DNA of 64,000 bases, from assembly GCF_006345805.1 (NCBI RefSeq), contig NC_042998.1:181040001-181104000 (forward strand). The letters run 5' to 3'. The notes under the pieces are model-generated. The model was not told the DNA's origin. It worked only from the letters and a program-made list of their open reading frames with translations, and made no database searches. This document shows positions 12,916 through 26,817 of the stretch, piece after piece (the first letter of the stretch is position 1; each line of letters begins with the position of its first letter). Made by a program: the position numbers and the translations under genes. This DNA comes from Octopus sinensis. Its lineage: Eukaryota.

Positions 12916-13562
12916 GGGAAAAAATAAGCAAGAGGAGAGAACCACTTCGTAATCGCTCAACCTTCTTGCCAGAAATTACAACCGGGACTAAAGTTTTCAA
13001 TAAAAAAGGAAGTTATTTGGATACAGTAGTCTCTAATATACAAAAGCACGCGATTATCATAGTTACAACGCTTTCTATCAAAGATTTCGTCTATCGTAGC
13101 AAACACGGTTACAACAGAGGAGGAAATATGTCTTAATCTGTGTTATAATCCTTCTGAAGAAGTATTAACTAAGTAATGCAAAACACCAATTTAAAGATAA
13201 TTTAATAATAAACTTGAAATATTTACATGCTGACACTCTATATATATTTGTGTGTGCGTGTGTATACATATATATATATATATTCACAGGCATGTATTTC
13301 AAGACTTCTTGGGTTCCGTAAGAAGTGACTGAATTCAAAGTAACACGGTGGCACTTTAAGAAAATATACGGTGGTTTCTAATTTGTGATTGACAAACAAG
13401 CTTCTAACCTTACACCGAAAGACGCATATGTTGGATATTTACATGTAACACTATACAGCAATATGACTTAAAATTAGTCCCGTTTCTCCGTCACCTTCAC
13501 TGATATATAAATATGCGTGAGCACACGCTTACACACATGCACACACACACATATACGCATTC

Positions 13563-13635
<73 letters not shown>

Positions 13636-13870
13636 ATATATATATGTGTGTATATATATACATATATATGCATATATATATATGTGTGTGTTTGTGTATA
13701 TATGTATATATATGTGTGTATGTATATATATGTATGTATATCTATATATATATATATATATATAATATATATATATATATGTGTATATATATATATATAT
13801 AATATATATATATATATGTATATATTTATATATATATGTATATTTATATAGATATATGTATATATATATG

Positions 13871-13923
<53 letters not shown>

Positions 13924-13944
13924 GCATGCACACATATGTGTGCG

Positions 13945-13997
<53 letters not shown>

Positions 13998-15818
13998 CAC
14001 ACATCTTGAAACACACTTACATATATGTATGTATGTATGCATGTATGCATCTATGTATATTTGCATGTATCTGTGTATGTATGTAATAACAGATTCAACA
14101 GGAATGTGTTATTCACTGTTGGATACCAGAAGAGAGCCCTTTTGGTAATGATTGGATAAAGAACATATTGAGAATATTTCAAAGATACGTGAGAAAGTTT
14201 TGAAGTTTCCAGTGATGTCACCTTCTAAAGAAAATATTATTCTTACGTGAATGTCTGATATAACGTGTGAACTGAATGAGCATCAAGCGACGTTAATACA
14301 TAATTATACAATATTGTTGTAGTGCTTTTAAAAGCGTTATAATAATACTGACCATAATTATTATGACTTTATCATAATAAACATTGGTTCAGTATCTAGT
14401 CAAATAACATAATTTGATGGCAATAAATCCATTGTTTAAACCTAATGGACATTTATTATTTGAATACCATGAACATTATAGATAGAATCCCAAATGAGAT
14501 GTCCATTAATGTATAGCTGTTTATTTTGTTGACGTCAAATACCCCATTTTGGAATGGATGTACGCTATATGCATGATTGAAATGTCAGCAATATGTTTCC
14601 CGTACAAGTACTTTAAACGTTTGTCATCGGGAACGTGTTACCAACACATATGTACTCAGTGAAGCAGAAAAATTAAAGCAGTTGGTCACAGCTGGCGGTG
14701 AACTGAAGTTGGTATGCCTTTCGATAACATGGGCATAGACGTGATGTGGGGTGCAGTGTCGTCACTATATTGTTTTCACGCCATTATACATATTACATAT
14801 TGATTTCTTCCATATGCACAAGTCTTCATATTTATTGGGCAGAAAAATTAAGAATGTGTGTCAGTCATTTTTTCTACGGAGGCATAAACTATGTAAGTTA
14901 AGTGGAAACAGATCCAAATACAAATGGGATTCTGACTAGATTCACAAAGAACTTCTTTTATATGTTTATGTTATGAATTTTGCAAGAACTAAAATGATTC
15001 TAACAGATTTTATATTTCTACATTGTCGAACACTGCTTTTTACATAAAACTTCAGATAGCTCCCAAGGGTTTCTTAGCAGTCAATAAGTTACTTCGACCT
15101 GTATTTTATAGTGGTGTTAAGCAGATGAAAGACAAACCTGCCTCTGAAAAGAAAATAAGTTTATGGTAAATAAACATTCTTAGAAAAATCTGGTTCCCAA
15201 TAACCATAGTATGTGAAAGGTCACACAGATATGTGCAGTAATGTATGTGTAGTTAAGAAGATTCTATTTACAATCACGGGATTTCAGGGTAGATTTTAAA
15301 GTACGATAATGTTTTCTATCAAAGCTTCGGGTTGACCATAGTATTACGAGTGAAACTTGGTTGACAGAAAGGCTTCGAAAACTCGTCAGATGGCCTGTAT
15401 TTTGCCTTGCAGTGCTAACTAGGCGCAGACCCAAATTTAAAACCACCATGTAAACTTTTAACAGAAACCGTTGTGAGTGGTTGTACTCTGTATCTAAGCA
15501 GAATAAATTCTCATTTTCTCCCTGCTTTTACACGGTCTTGTAAGCACTAAAAAATTTTATGGGTGCAGCATATGAAATGGGACATGTTTCCAGCATTCTG
15601 CTCCTTGTGCCATTCTACCCATGTGCAATTTATAATTAGTTTCTATAAATGCATGTAAAGTCCAGAGTAACGAAAGTGAAGTCAACTCCAGTAGGTTTCA
15701 GACACAGAGCATAAAGGTAGACAACAAAATTTGACGTTGTAGCCTTACTGTTTGCTATTACAGCTGCCTTAAAGATGATGATAATGATGATGATAATAAT
15801 AATAATAATAATAATAAT

Positions 15819-15857
<39 letters not shown>

Positions 15858-16222
15858 TTTAGAGGTACACTTATCTAACACGTGATTTAATCTGATGCCA
15901 AGTGTTGAAACTGAAGGAATTGCGTTGTTATAATGTGGAAAAGCAGTTTCAGCCATTTAAAAACACATAGAACATCTAAATTCACTTTTAATTTATATCC
16001 TGAGGTGTCACAATTTTTAGTTGTATAACTGTGATCAAGTCGTCATTGTTTTATTTCAAGTTTGTAAATGATCAGCTCTTATAGGCCTCAGTTGTTTCCT
16101 TACTTGCAACACTTACGGTCACGCGAGTGTTATATTCATGTTGATTGATTTTGGCCTTTGACATTAGTCATCGATTGGGCATCATTAGTCATTTTCAAGC
16201 TTCATTTTTTGGTTACTTATAG

Positions 16223-16276
<54 letters not shown>

Positions 16277-17753
16277 TCATTCCATCTATTTCTTAATATG
16301 TCCCCTTCTTAAATTCAGATTGACCCCATTTATGATGACTAAACATAACCTATTTTAGAATAGGTCCCTGATGTGACATAGATTTATAGAAATTAAACTC
16401 CTGCCATGTAGATTAAATTTTATTTTAAACAGGTTGTTACAAAGAAACTAGGATCGGGCATGATTTAATCTATAAATAATATCGATAAATTTATTTATTC
16501 TCTCTGTAAAACTGAGGCCTATAAGAGCTGGTCATGAACGAACTTTCGAAGAGGAAATATGTTATTGATTAGTTAGGAGTGAGTGACAAAAGTTTTAACA
16601 CATCACGAAATGAAATGAACGTAATAGTTTCAGCGAAGTCTGGAAGGTACGAGTTTTGTCGATAAGAGATTTTCTACGATATAACAATGTTTTTAACATA
16701 AGCTCAAGACCTCAAATTTATTAGCCAGTTATTTATTTGGTTCTTTGATTTATCGACCCTGGTAAAATACAAGTTAACATCAACCTCGCCCAGATTTGGA
16801 TTCAGAACGTTTAGAGACAGGGTAGAGTGAGACATAAGAAGTCAATGCCCCAATTTTGATTCTGTGTAAATATGAAACAATGCTGCTAACACACCCACAT
16901 ACTGGCACAAATTTGTAGGGTATGTCAGTCTTCTTTAATTCTTCTTTCCTTCTATTCATAGAAGCCTATGTGCTTTATCTTAAGTGACCCATTTAGCCCC
17001 ATCCCATAAACTTACAAATGTCCCATTATGCCCCACTTATGAATTTCCTTGAATTTCAGAATTTCCAAAGATGTTTACTTCATTTAACATAATATAGGAA
17101 AAGAAGATATTCTGAACACACCTCTAGTACAAAAAATCCAATTCTGTAGAACTTCTTGCACCACCGCAAAGTTTGACGATCAATAATTGATTGGTCTAGT
17201 GATTGAGATCTGTTATCCAGAACGAGGAACTCGATAAGGAGTCGACAAGAAGAATACAACATCTATATAAGCGGGAGGGATAAAGTAACTCATAATAGCT
17301 GCTACGACATACTTCCTGGTTTGGAAATGGGAGAAAATTATGAAAATCTGGCAAATGATCAATTAAGCCCAACCGACACCACCCCACCCCACCCCCGTAA
17401 ATACTAACAGACATTTTGTTCAACAGTTTACCGATTGTACCAATCTACCATTTTCATGTAATAATACTAATAATAATTGTTGCTAATTTAGGCACAAGGC
17501 CATTGATTTTGGAAGGGCGATGTTATTCGATAACATCAACCACAGTGTGCATGACGGGGGCCTCACTTTGTAAGCCACGGTGGAATGAAAAAGAAAATTT
17601 GTTTTGATGGGATCGCAATTCAGAAGGTAAAGTGCTGAAATAAACACCGTAAAGTATTATGTCTGACGCTCCAACATTTCTGCCAGTGCACTTCCATACT
17701 ACCACCACCACCAACCCCACCTCTACACCTACTACTAACAATAATAATAATAA

Positions 17754-17962
17754 TCCTTTCTACAAACGGCACAAGGAAAGTTCGGAAAGACAGTAAATAA
17801 ATTACATCGACCCCAGTGTTTCATTGGTACTTAATATATCGACCCTGAACGGATAAAAGGCAAGTCGACCTCGGCGAAATTTGAACTCAAAACGTAAGGA
17901 CGGATGAAATGCTGCAAAGCACTTTGCCCAGCATGCTAACGATTCTGCCAGGTCACCACTTT
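17754..17962 (-). mobile_element. SINE family A, tail type 2
   Basis: aatcctttctac...catcgaccccag...ggtacttaat...aaaggcaagtcgacctcggcgaaatttgaactca...gctaacgattctgcca. Confidence 0.88.
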
Positions 17963-18005
17963 AACAACAACAACAATAACAATAAAAAAAAATTTTTAAT
18001 AAATA

Positions 18006-18681
<676 letters not shown>

Positions 18682-18721
18682 ATAATAATAATAATATTAA
18701 TAATAATAATAATAATGATAA

Positions 18722-18893
18722 TAACCCTTTCTACTATAGGCACAAAGCCTTAAATTTTACATCGACCCCAGTGTTTCACTGGCACTTAATTTATCAACCC
18801 CGAAAAGATGAAAAGCATAGTCGACCTCGGCGGAATTTGAACACAGAATGTTAAGACGGACGAAATGCCGCTAAGTATCTTGCCTGGTGTGCT
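18722..18893 (-). mobile_element. SINE family A, tail type 2
   Basis: cctttctactataggcacaa...catcgacccc...gtcgacctcggcggaatttgaac...gacgaaatgccgctaag. Confidence 0.88.
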
Positions 18894-18904
18894 CACATAT
18901 TGTG

Positions 18905-19498
18905 AGCCTACAAAAGGAGACACAATAACGTGTGTAAGTTCGTCCACTGTAAGCTATGTGAAAAGTACGGTCTGAACAGAGCACGAAAATGGTACGAACA
19001 GGTACCAGGAGTCACCGAGAACAAGGAACATAAGATACTGTGGGATTTTACAATCCAGTGTGACTCCCTAATCGAGGCTCGGAGACCAAATATTGTTGTA
19101 GGAGAAAACGGGAAAAAGGAAACCAAGATCACGCATACGTGACAAAGAACTAGAAAAGACGGAAAAGGGCAGACTGCTAAAAGGCGAAATTCCAAGAATT
19201 TGGACTATGTTGGGGCACTCGGAACACTAACAACTAAGTTCGAGAAATATGTCAAAGAAAGTGGAATTGGCATGAGAGCGGAACGACCCCCAAAACTGCT
19301 CTACTGGCGACAGCTAGGATTTTGAGATTGGTACTTGGATGTTGAATGTCTCCCACGATAATTAACAACCAAGTATCAAAGCTTATTATGTCCGAAAAGA
19401 GACTCTGTGAGACCTCTTACAACAGGCTGCTGTCCGTTCTCACAGGAACTACCAGAACCAACAAGCCCAAACGTTCTGAGAAGTAAAACAATAATAAT
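18905..19498 (+). mobile_element. R4/Dong-clade non-LTR retrotransposon 3' fragment (RLE domain)
   Basis: YKRRHNNVCKFVHCKLCEKYGL..KWYE..P..ENKEHKILWDFTIQCDSLIEARRPNIVV, then across frameshifts VGALGTL..KFEKY...KTALLATARILRLVLGC* (19345). The 3' UTR ends in aacaataataat. Confidence 0.9.
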
Positions 19499-19669
19499 AT
19501 TGACGATACCGGGATTTGAACTCAGAATAAGCAAAGCCGGAATACACATTGCGAGCATTTTGTCCAACACGTTAATTATTCAATCACTCAGTCGTATTTC
19601 TATAATAATTCTTCTGTTAATAACATCAATAGAACAATACAACACCAACAACAACAACAGTAATATTAA

Positions 19670-19886
19670 TAATCCTTTCCACTATTGGAGCAAGGCCTGA
19701 AATTTTGGAGGTTGGAGGCTAGTAGATTACATCGACCCAATTGCTTAATTGGTACTTATTTTATAGACCCCAAAAGGATGAAAGGCAAAGTCCGCCTCGG
19801 CGAAATTCGAACACAGAGCTTAAAGGCGGATGAATGTCGCTAAGCATTTTGTCCAGAGTGCTTATGGTTTTGCTAGCTCGCTCCCT
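19670..19886 (-). mobile_element. SINE family A, tail type 2
   Basis: aatcctttcc...aggcctgaaatttt...catcgacc...aggatgaaaggcaaagtc...cctcggcgaaattcgaac...gctagctcgctccc. Confidence 0.88.
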
Positions 19887-19957
19887 TAAGAACAAAACAA
19901 CAACAACAGCTACAACAATAACAACAACAAAAACAATAAAAATTATTATCATTATCA

Positions 19958-20016
<59 letters not shown>

Positions 20017-20020
<4 letters not shown>

Positions 20021-20218
20021 TTTCGTCCGTCTCTACGTTCTGAGTTCAAATACAACCGAGGTCGACTTTGCCTTTCATCTTTTCGAAGTCGATAAATTAA
20101 GTACCAATTATGTACTGCAGTCGATCTAATCCACTGCCCCCTCCCCAAAATTTCGGGTTTCGTGCCGAGAGTGGAAAAGATTATTATTATTATTATTATT
20201 ATCATTATTATTATTATA

Positions 20219-20256
<38 letters not shown>

Positions 20257-20418
20257 TTTCGTCCGTCTCTACGTTCTGAGTTCAAATACAACCGAGGTCG
20301 ACTTTGCCTTTCATCTTTTCGAAGTCGATAAATTAAGTACCAATTATGTACTGCAGTCGATCTAATCCACTGCCCCCTCCCCAAAATTTCGGGTTTCGTG
20401 CCGAGAGTGGAAAAGATT
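20017..20418 (+). repeat. Tandem duplication of a 5'-truncated SINE A (2 x about 163 bp, 237-bp period) inside (ATT)n
   Basis: 20017-20180 and 20254-20417 read identically, including private variants (tacaaccgagg, cttttcgaag, tactgcagtcg). Confidence 0.95.
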
Positions 20419-20449
20419 ATTATTATTATCATTATTATTACTAATATTA

Positions 20450-20494
<45 letters not shown>

Positions 20495-21190
20495 TATTAT
20501 TATTATTATCATTATTATTATTATTATTATTATCATTATCATATCCATGCCTGTATCTTCTATAATATTTTAAAGTAATTCTTAAAAACTAAGACTAACA
20601 GCATGGAGTTCAAGTTATGTAAATAATTAGTGAACCGGTCTATTGTCTTTATTTGTGTAGGATTTAAACCAATATCTCTAATCTGGTTGCTAACTACAGT
20701 GTATAACTTGTAAATCTATAAAGTACTATAATCGTACTGGGATATGAATCTGTCGCAATGAAAGCTGGTGTTAATCTCGGCAAAGTAATTGAAATGGTTC
20801 GCTATATTCAACGGTTTCTTAAATTGTATTTGAAGTGAAGACTTAATACTGTAAACGAAATACTATCAAAGCCGATGGATATTCATTATCATACAGCTTG
20901 CTGTCAGGAGATGTTTATTTGGATATAAGTAGATTAGTAGAGATGTTCAACTTGCATAAATACATCGATTGATCAAACCTAACTTTGCTCGAATATCTAA
21001 TCTAAGCTTAGCACTTACTGTGAGATCTTCACATATCGCTTATATAATATTCGGTGCAGCATTTTGCTTTAACTATGCAGTAACATGACAACCTTCATAT
21101 CTTTTCTTGTTACTCTTAAATTTAATTCACTATGGTAAGCGTTTACACGAGCTATATTATTATATATATTGTTGCTGTTATTATTATTAT

Positions 21191-21643
21191 TGAGGCGGGC
21201 ACGTCGGGCAAAATGATTCGAAGGATTTCGTCTGACCTTACGTTGTGAGTTCAAATTCCACCGAGGTCGACTTTGCCTTTCATCCTTTCGGGGTCGATAA
21301 ATTAAGTACCAGTTACGCACTAGGATCAATGTAATCGACTTAATCCGTTTGTCTGTCCTTGTTTGTCCCCTCTGTGTTTAGCCCCTTGTGGGTAGTAAAG
21401 AAATATATATTATTATATATATTGTTGTTATTATTATTGAGGCGGGCACGTCGGACAAAATGATTAGCGGGATTTCGTCAGTCATTACGCTCTGGGTTCA
21501 AATTCCTCCGGGGTCGACTTTGCCTTTCATACTTTTGGATTCGATAAAATAAGTACCAGTCGTGCAATGAGGTCGATTTAATCGACTTACCCCACCACCA
21601 CCACACCCGAAAATGCTGACCTTGTGCCAAAATTTGAAACCCA

Positions 21644-21645
<2 letters not shown>
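21191..21645 (+). mobile_element. Head-to-tail SINE A dimer (tail 1 then tail 2)
   Basis: Both units begin gaggcgggcacgtcgg, preceded by atattattatatatattgttg... Unit 1 ends gtgggtagtaaagaaata; unit 2 ends ccttgtgccaaaatttgaaacc. Confidence 0.88.
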
Positions 21646-21680
<35 letters not shown>

Positions 21681-23715
21681 CATTGCATTTGCTGCTGCTG
21701 TTGTTGTTGTTGTTTCTGTAGTCGTCGTCGTTGTATTTGTTGTGGTAGTCAGATGTATTTCCTGTAGCTCTCCAATATCGTGTATTTTTACCAAATGAAC
21801 ATTTTTAACGCAGAATCTCTAAATTGAAAGACCGAGATTTTAATCATTTGCATTAATTTTTTTTTATCTCGTAGTAGGAAGCGCAATTTTTTTGCGAAGT
21901 GAGCAAAGTTTCTTTCCTACGCCTCGTAAACAAAGTGATTATACCGTCTAGCACCATCCCCGTCAAAAAAATTTAGACAAAAATATATACTTTCCACGCA
22001 CAGTAAACTGAAAAAAAAATCAATTCTGCAGCACAATACATTTATTTCATAACACGAAAATTTCAGACAGAAAATAACATCTTATGAACCATTTACAAAA
22101 AACGAGTAAAGATAACAAAAACATACAACGAATACTTAGAGAGTTTGAACTGAAAAACTGGGAAATTGCTTATGGCCCTAATTCGTTCGCTGTACACAAA
22201 CAAATGTGTTTTCTGGCGGGAAGAGTGCAGTGGCAGAGCGGTGTGACAAAGGAAAGTGCATCTGTACCCAATCGAACGAAGAACATTTCGTCAGATCTAT
22301 GCTGAGGTTGGTGATTATGAGGCGGTACTGTATGAGGTGCAATATTTAGAACCGATTCACAAAAGAGGGGCAAACGATAAATTATTGCTAAACCATAGTA
22401 ATAATTTATCAAACGCAAAACAGCAAAGAACAGAGGATATTAGATGCATTTTACTATGCTCAACGAAAGCATTCTTTGCAGACACATTTGGATGAACTCA
22501 GTTTCAAAAGAATGAGTGACAGGTGAGTAGATTTGTGGGCGCTCTGACCATATATAGATGTCAGGTTCTCATCGGTTTGCAAGTGGGCTACCATCTCTGG
22601 TCTTCATGAGGCTTCGTCCTCTAAGATATCGTGTAATTCTTAAATAATTAGAAGCCGTTAAATCTTAAATAATACTATTCCACCATGAAAAGAATGCGTT
22701 CTACCATGCAGACCTATAAAAAGTTTATTTGAATAACATACAGAATCGTCAGGGCTGCATCGTTTTTGATCGCAAGTCTGTTCAATCAGAACTGATATAG
22801 GACTTAAACAATAAAACAAAGCATTCCATTGTGAGACAGGAACATGATAGCAGCTGAATGTCTTGATAGAAAGCTCTAAAAATCCCGAGAATAATGTTAC
22901 GTGAAACACTAATCTTTGCATTTCTGATCAGCCTACCACTGGAAAACAATATGCAGATCTTTAAATTTGTTTCTTAGGGGGATGGATTATAGAAAAGCTG
23001 TTTCTAATCCTGGCTTTACTCCATGTTATTTTATTCATTCCACTGAATTAAGGTATGGAAATCAAATAGAAGTTTTGTATAATAACCTGTACTGCTAAAT
23101 AAGTTTTACTTTTTTTTTCAGAGTTTAGAATCAAATGAAAATAATTTAGTTTGTTAAAAATATTTTCAGCCAGATGAATTTTTTTAATCCTTCTGCTTCC
23201 TCAAATAAATGCACTAGGATTCTCTGTCCCCCATTAACTTTGGTAGATCTTGAATTTCGTGTTGTGTCTCTGCCATTAGTGTCAATGTCGTTGACTAGTC
23301 TTCGCTCTCTATTTATGTGCAGTATATATAATAACATGAAATGACCTATTGTTCAGAGCGATATTAGTGGCCAGAAAAGCCTCTCCCCCGTTTAGTAATA
23401 ATTCTAGAGATAGATGTTCTTTAATAAATGTACAGAGCGTATCATAAGAGTTACTTTTGGGGGAACTCATCAATTTCTGTTCTCTGATGGTACAGCCCTC
23501 ACAACGAACTCCTAAAAGTAGATGTTGAATAATTCTATCAAGGACTGAAAACTATAATCAGTGCAATCTCGGTATACAATTAATTGGCAGGTGTGCGGTG
23601 AGGTTTAAAGCTAACCTAAGGCCTACAGATCCACTCTTCACTCATTAGTAACCACTCACTTTTCTTGAACTATCTTTTCTCCTCTCACCATTCCCTATCT
23701 TAAATTATGTCTTTA

Positions 23716-23747
<32 letters not shown>

Positions 23748-23759
23748 CTCTCTCTAATA

Positions 23760-23809
<50 letters not shown>

Positions 23810-23811
<2 letters not shown>

Positions 23812-24012
23812 CGGTAAATACCCAGAAACTCGGGTCCGTGTGAATCATGTCAGGCTGGAGATTGAAACGATGATTTCCCTTGGCAAATACTGATAAGGCA
23901 CAGATAGTGTGTCAATACCCAGCTGTAAGAGATGACTTCCTGGGGCTACAAGCTATAGTAGCATCAACCCTTAAGGGTTAACCACATTTAGGTGGCAAAT
24001 ATAATTCACAAT
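23810..24012 (+). mobile_element. (TA)n-flanked short element with degenerate hammerhead-like motif
   Basis: 23890-23927 CTGATAA-ggcaca-gatag-tgtgtc-AATA-cccagctgta. The 6-bp stem II is intact but the core is mutated. Confidence 0.45.
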
Positions 24013-25591
24013 ATATATATGCATGCACATGCACACGTAAACATACTTTACATACATAAAGACATATGTATATACATATGCGTATTTCAATTGATTTTAC
24101 TTACTTGAAGTCAAGCTTAATTGCAGTTGTTGCTGTGAGTCGTTTGTTATGCGTAAGCAAATACGTGACTTGGCAGATATATGAATTCATTGAATTGAAC
24201 AATACCAACACGCTCAGAATATCCTACGAAAAAGAGGAAATTAACTACCCACTAATTCTTGACCACGACTAAAAATGTTTTTAACATATGGAATATGAAT
24301 TGCTTTCCACACAAAGATTAACTTCTTATTGATTTGCCAAGTTTATAATCGGTTTATGCCTGTCACTGATAGCACTTTAGTTGTTTGGTATAGAAATTCT
24401 CTCCAGGGTAATTTGACTGATTCTTCCCTTCATTCTTTCTCTCAGAAAAATCTGTTCATATTCGTAACATTGAATCAAACCGAACTCAGATTTAATTTTT
24501 GATTTTATTCTTATTTAGCGCTATTCGAAACATTTGCTATTTTATTATTATTATTTTTTTTTACATGTGTCAATTTTAAGTTTCATGTTTCAATGTTTCA
24601 TTTAGTTTTGACTTCTTAACTTCAAGTTGAAGATCGTCTGCAACCAAAGATGAGATTAACCATTTGCTATCTATGTGCAATGGCACGAGAACTCAATTCT
24701 GAATTTCTTGAAATTATCTCCCCCTTACTTTGATAATCAATAACAATTATCACAAGGTTTCGTTTCATTTCGTTGTGCAAGAAATTTCAATGAATTAAGA
24801 ATTAACTTCACGCGGCAATCAGTATAACGCTTTTGTACTTAATCATACCAATTATTACATTTTAACTTGCTTAGCACCCTACCGCTATCTAATGCACAAA
24901 CGTACACATGATATGTAACTGTTGAGTATATAAACAGATTGTTTGCTGGTTTCTCTGGGATTGGTCAAATTCATGTAGCCGCCTCTGACAAAAACCCAAT
25001 AACATTAGAAGATCGATTAAGGTTGTTCACGCATTTTCAATCTACGGAGAAGCAGCTAAATTAACCGGTTATATATATACTGTATAAGTTACATATATAA
25101 ATTAGCTATTAGCAGCGGAAGCAACCTTTATAACGAATTTTAGTTTGGACATCCAACTTTACTTGAATTTCTACGTTGTGGTAATCGTCAGCTCCAGTGG
25201 ATGGGACTGTTATATCAAATGATTGCACTTCATTAGCAACGGGCACTCTAACACTGAAATTAAGCTGAAATCATGTAATACAACAGGCCCATCCACCAGT
25301 GCAATTTGTGTAATTTGTGCTATCTTATCACTTAACGTCTCTATATGAGAGTATTTCTCAGGACGATTACCGCAGCCAGTAACACTCAAAACCACACATT
25401 CAAGTTGGATATGCTAATAAATGTGTGTGTGTGTGTGTTTGTGTATGTGAGCGTGTGTGTGTGTGTGTTTGTGTGTGTGTGCGTGTGTGGGTGTGTGTGT
25501 TTGTGTGTGTGTGGAGAGGAGAAAGAGAGAGACAGACAGACAGACGGACGGATGGATGGACGCACAGATAGATTGATGGATAAATAAGTCG

Positions 25592-25628
<37 letters not shown>

Positions 25629-25696
25629 CACACACAGATGCGTGTGTGATTGAGTGTTTGTGTGTATGTATGTGTATATATATGTGTGTGTGTGTG

Positions 25697-25733
<37 letters not shown>

Positions 25734-25847
25734 ACATATATATACATACATATATATAGGGACACGGCTCTAAAACCACCCTAAACGCACAATAAAGATA
25801 CACACGTGCAATGCAATGAACATATCAGAAACAGGCTTACCTTTGCA

Positions 25848-25990
25848 ATCCCAGTACTTATTTTTGTAAGCCTGGTACTTCTCCCGACCACTAGTTACGG
25901 GGATGCATACAGACCAACACCGGTTTTCAAGCAGTGGTGAGGGGAACAAGCACAGACTTAGATATACATACAAACATACATACATATACA
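25848..25990 (-). mobile_element. SINE B 3' part, local duplicate of 26471-26610
   Basis: Both copies share the same internal deletion (ggtacttctccc..cc.ctagttacggggatgcatac). Confidence 0.85.
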
Positions 25991-26004
25991 TACATATATA
26001 TATA

Positions 26005-26106
<102 letters not shown>

Positions 26107-26424
26107 CATAAATAAGTAATGTATATTTCAATACCAATTGATTTCACCCTCTGTATGACCAACATACTCTGGGACTTTCAGTTGAAAATAACATTCTAAC
26201 ATCTATTTCTAAAATATTCACTACATTAGCTCGTCTGCATTCCTTACTTTAAATGTACGTGCGTATATAATAAAGGAAAATACAGCCTTAGCTGTAACGA
26301 AATTATTTCGAATTTAGAACAAAATATTTTTTTCTTGGGACAATAAAACTGATATTTCTCAATAAATTATAACCTGACCCGCCAAAATTATAGGTACTTA
26401 ACAGCCCTTTACAACAATGGCTTA

Positions 26425-26817
26425 TCGCCATCCAAAACAACATTACTTGAATTTTTAGTCGAATGAATGGATCCCAGTACTTATTTTTGTAAACCTGGTA
26501 CTTCTCCCAACCTCTAGTTACGGGGATGCATACAAACAAACACCGGTTTTCAAGCAGTGGTGAGGAGAACAAATACAGACTTAGATATACATACAAAGAT
26601 ACATACATATACATACATACATACATACATACATACATACATACATACATACATACATACATACATTTTCTTATACATGGCGGGTTTCTTTCAATTTCCG
26701 TCAACCAAATCCACTCATAAGTCTATAGTGGAAAAACACTTGCCCAAGATGCCACGTAGCAGGACTGAACCTGAAACCATGTGGTTAGGAAGCAAGCTTC
26801 TTACCACACAGCCACGC
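26425..26817 (-). mobile_element. SINE family B
   Basis: ttagtcgaa...cccagtacttatttt...(CATA)n...tttccgtcaaccaaatccactca...ggactgaacc...cttaccacacagccacgc. Confidence 0.88.

Noticed and set aside
15370-15392. Minus-strand CTGACGA-gttttc-GAAG
   Set aside because: Stem II is only 1 bp, the GAAA box is broken and there is no stem I.
20755-20830. AGVNLGKVIEMVRYIQRFL resembling the HMG-CoA lyase C-terminus
   Set aside because: A single 19-aa match with no clear splice acceptor or other exons; compatible with chance.
22560-23450. Possible very old minus-strand LINE remnant (GG.R.L-like and Cys motifs); similar at 15000-15300
   Set aside because: Too degenerate to assign by eye.
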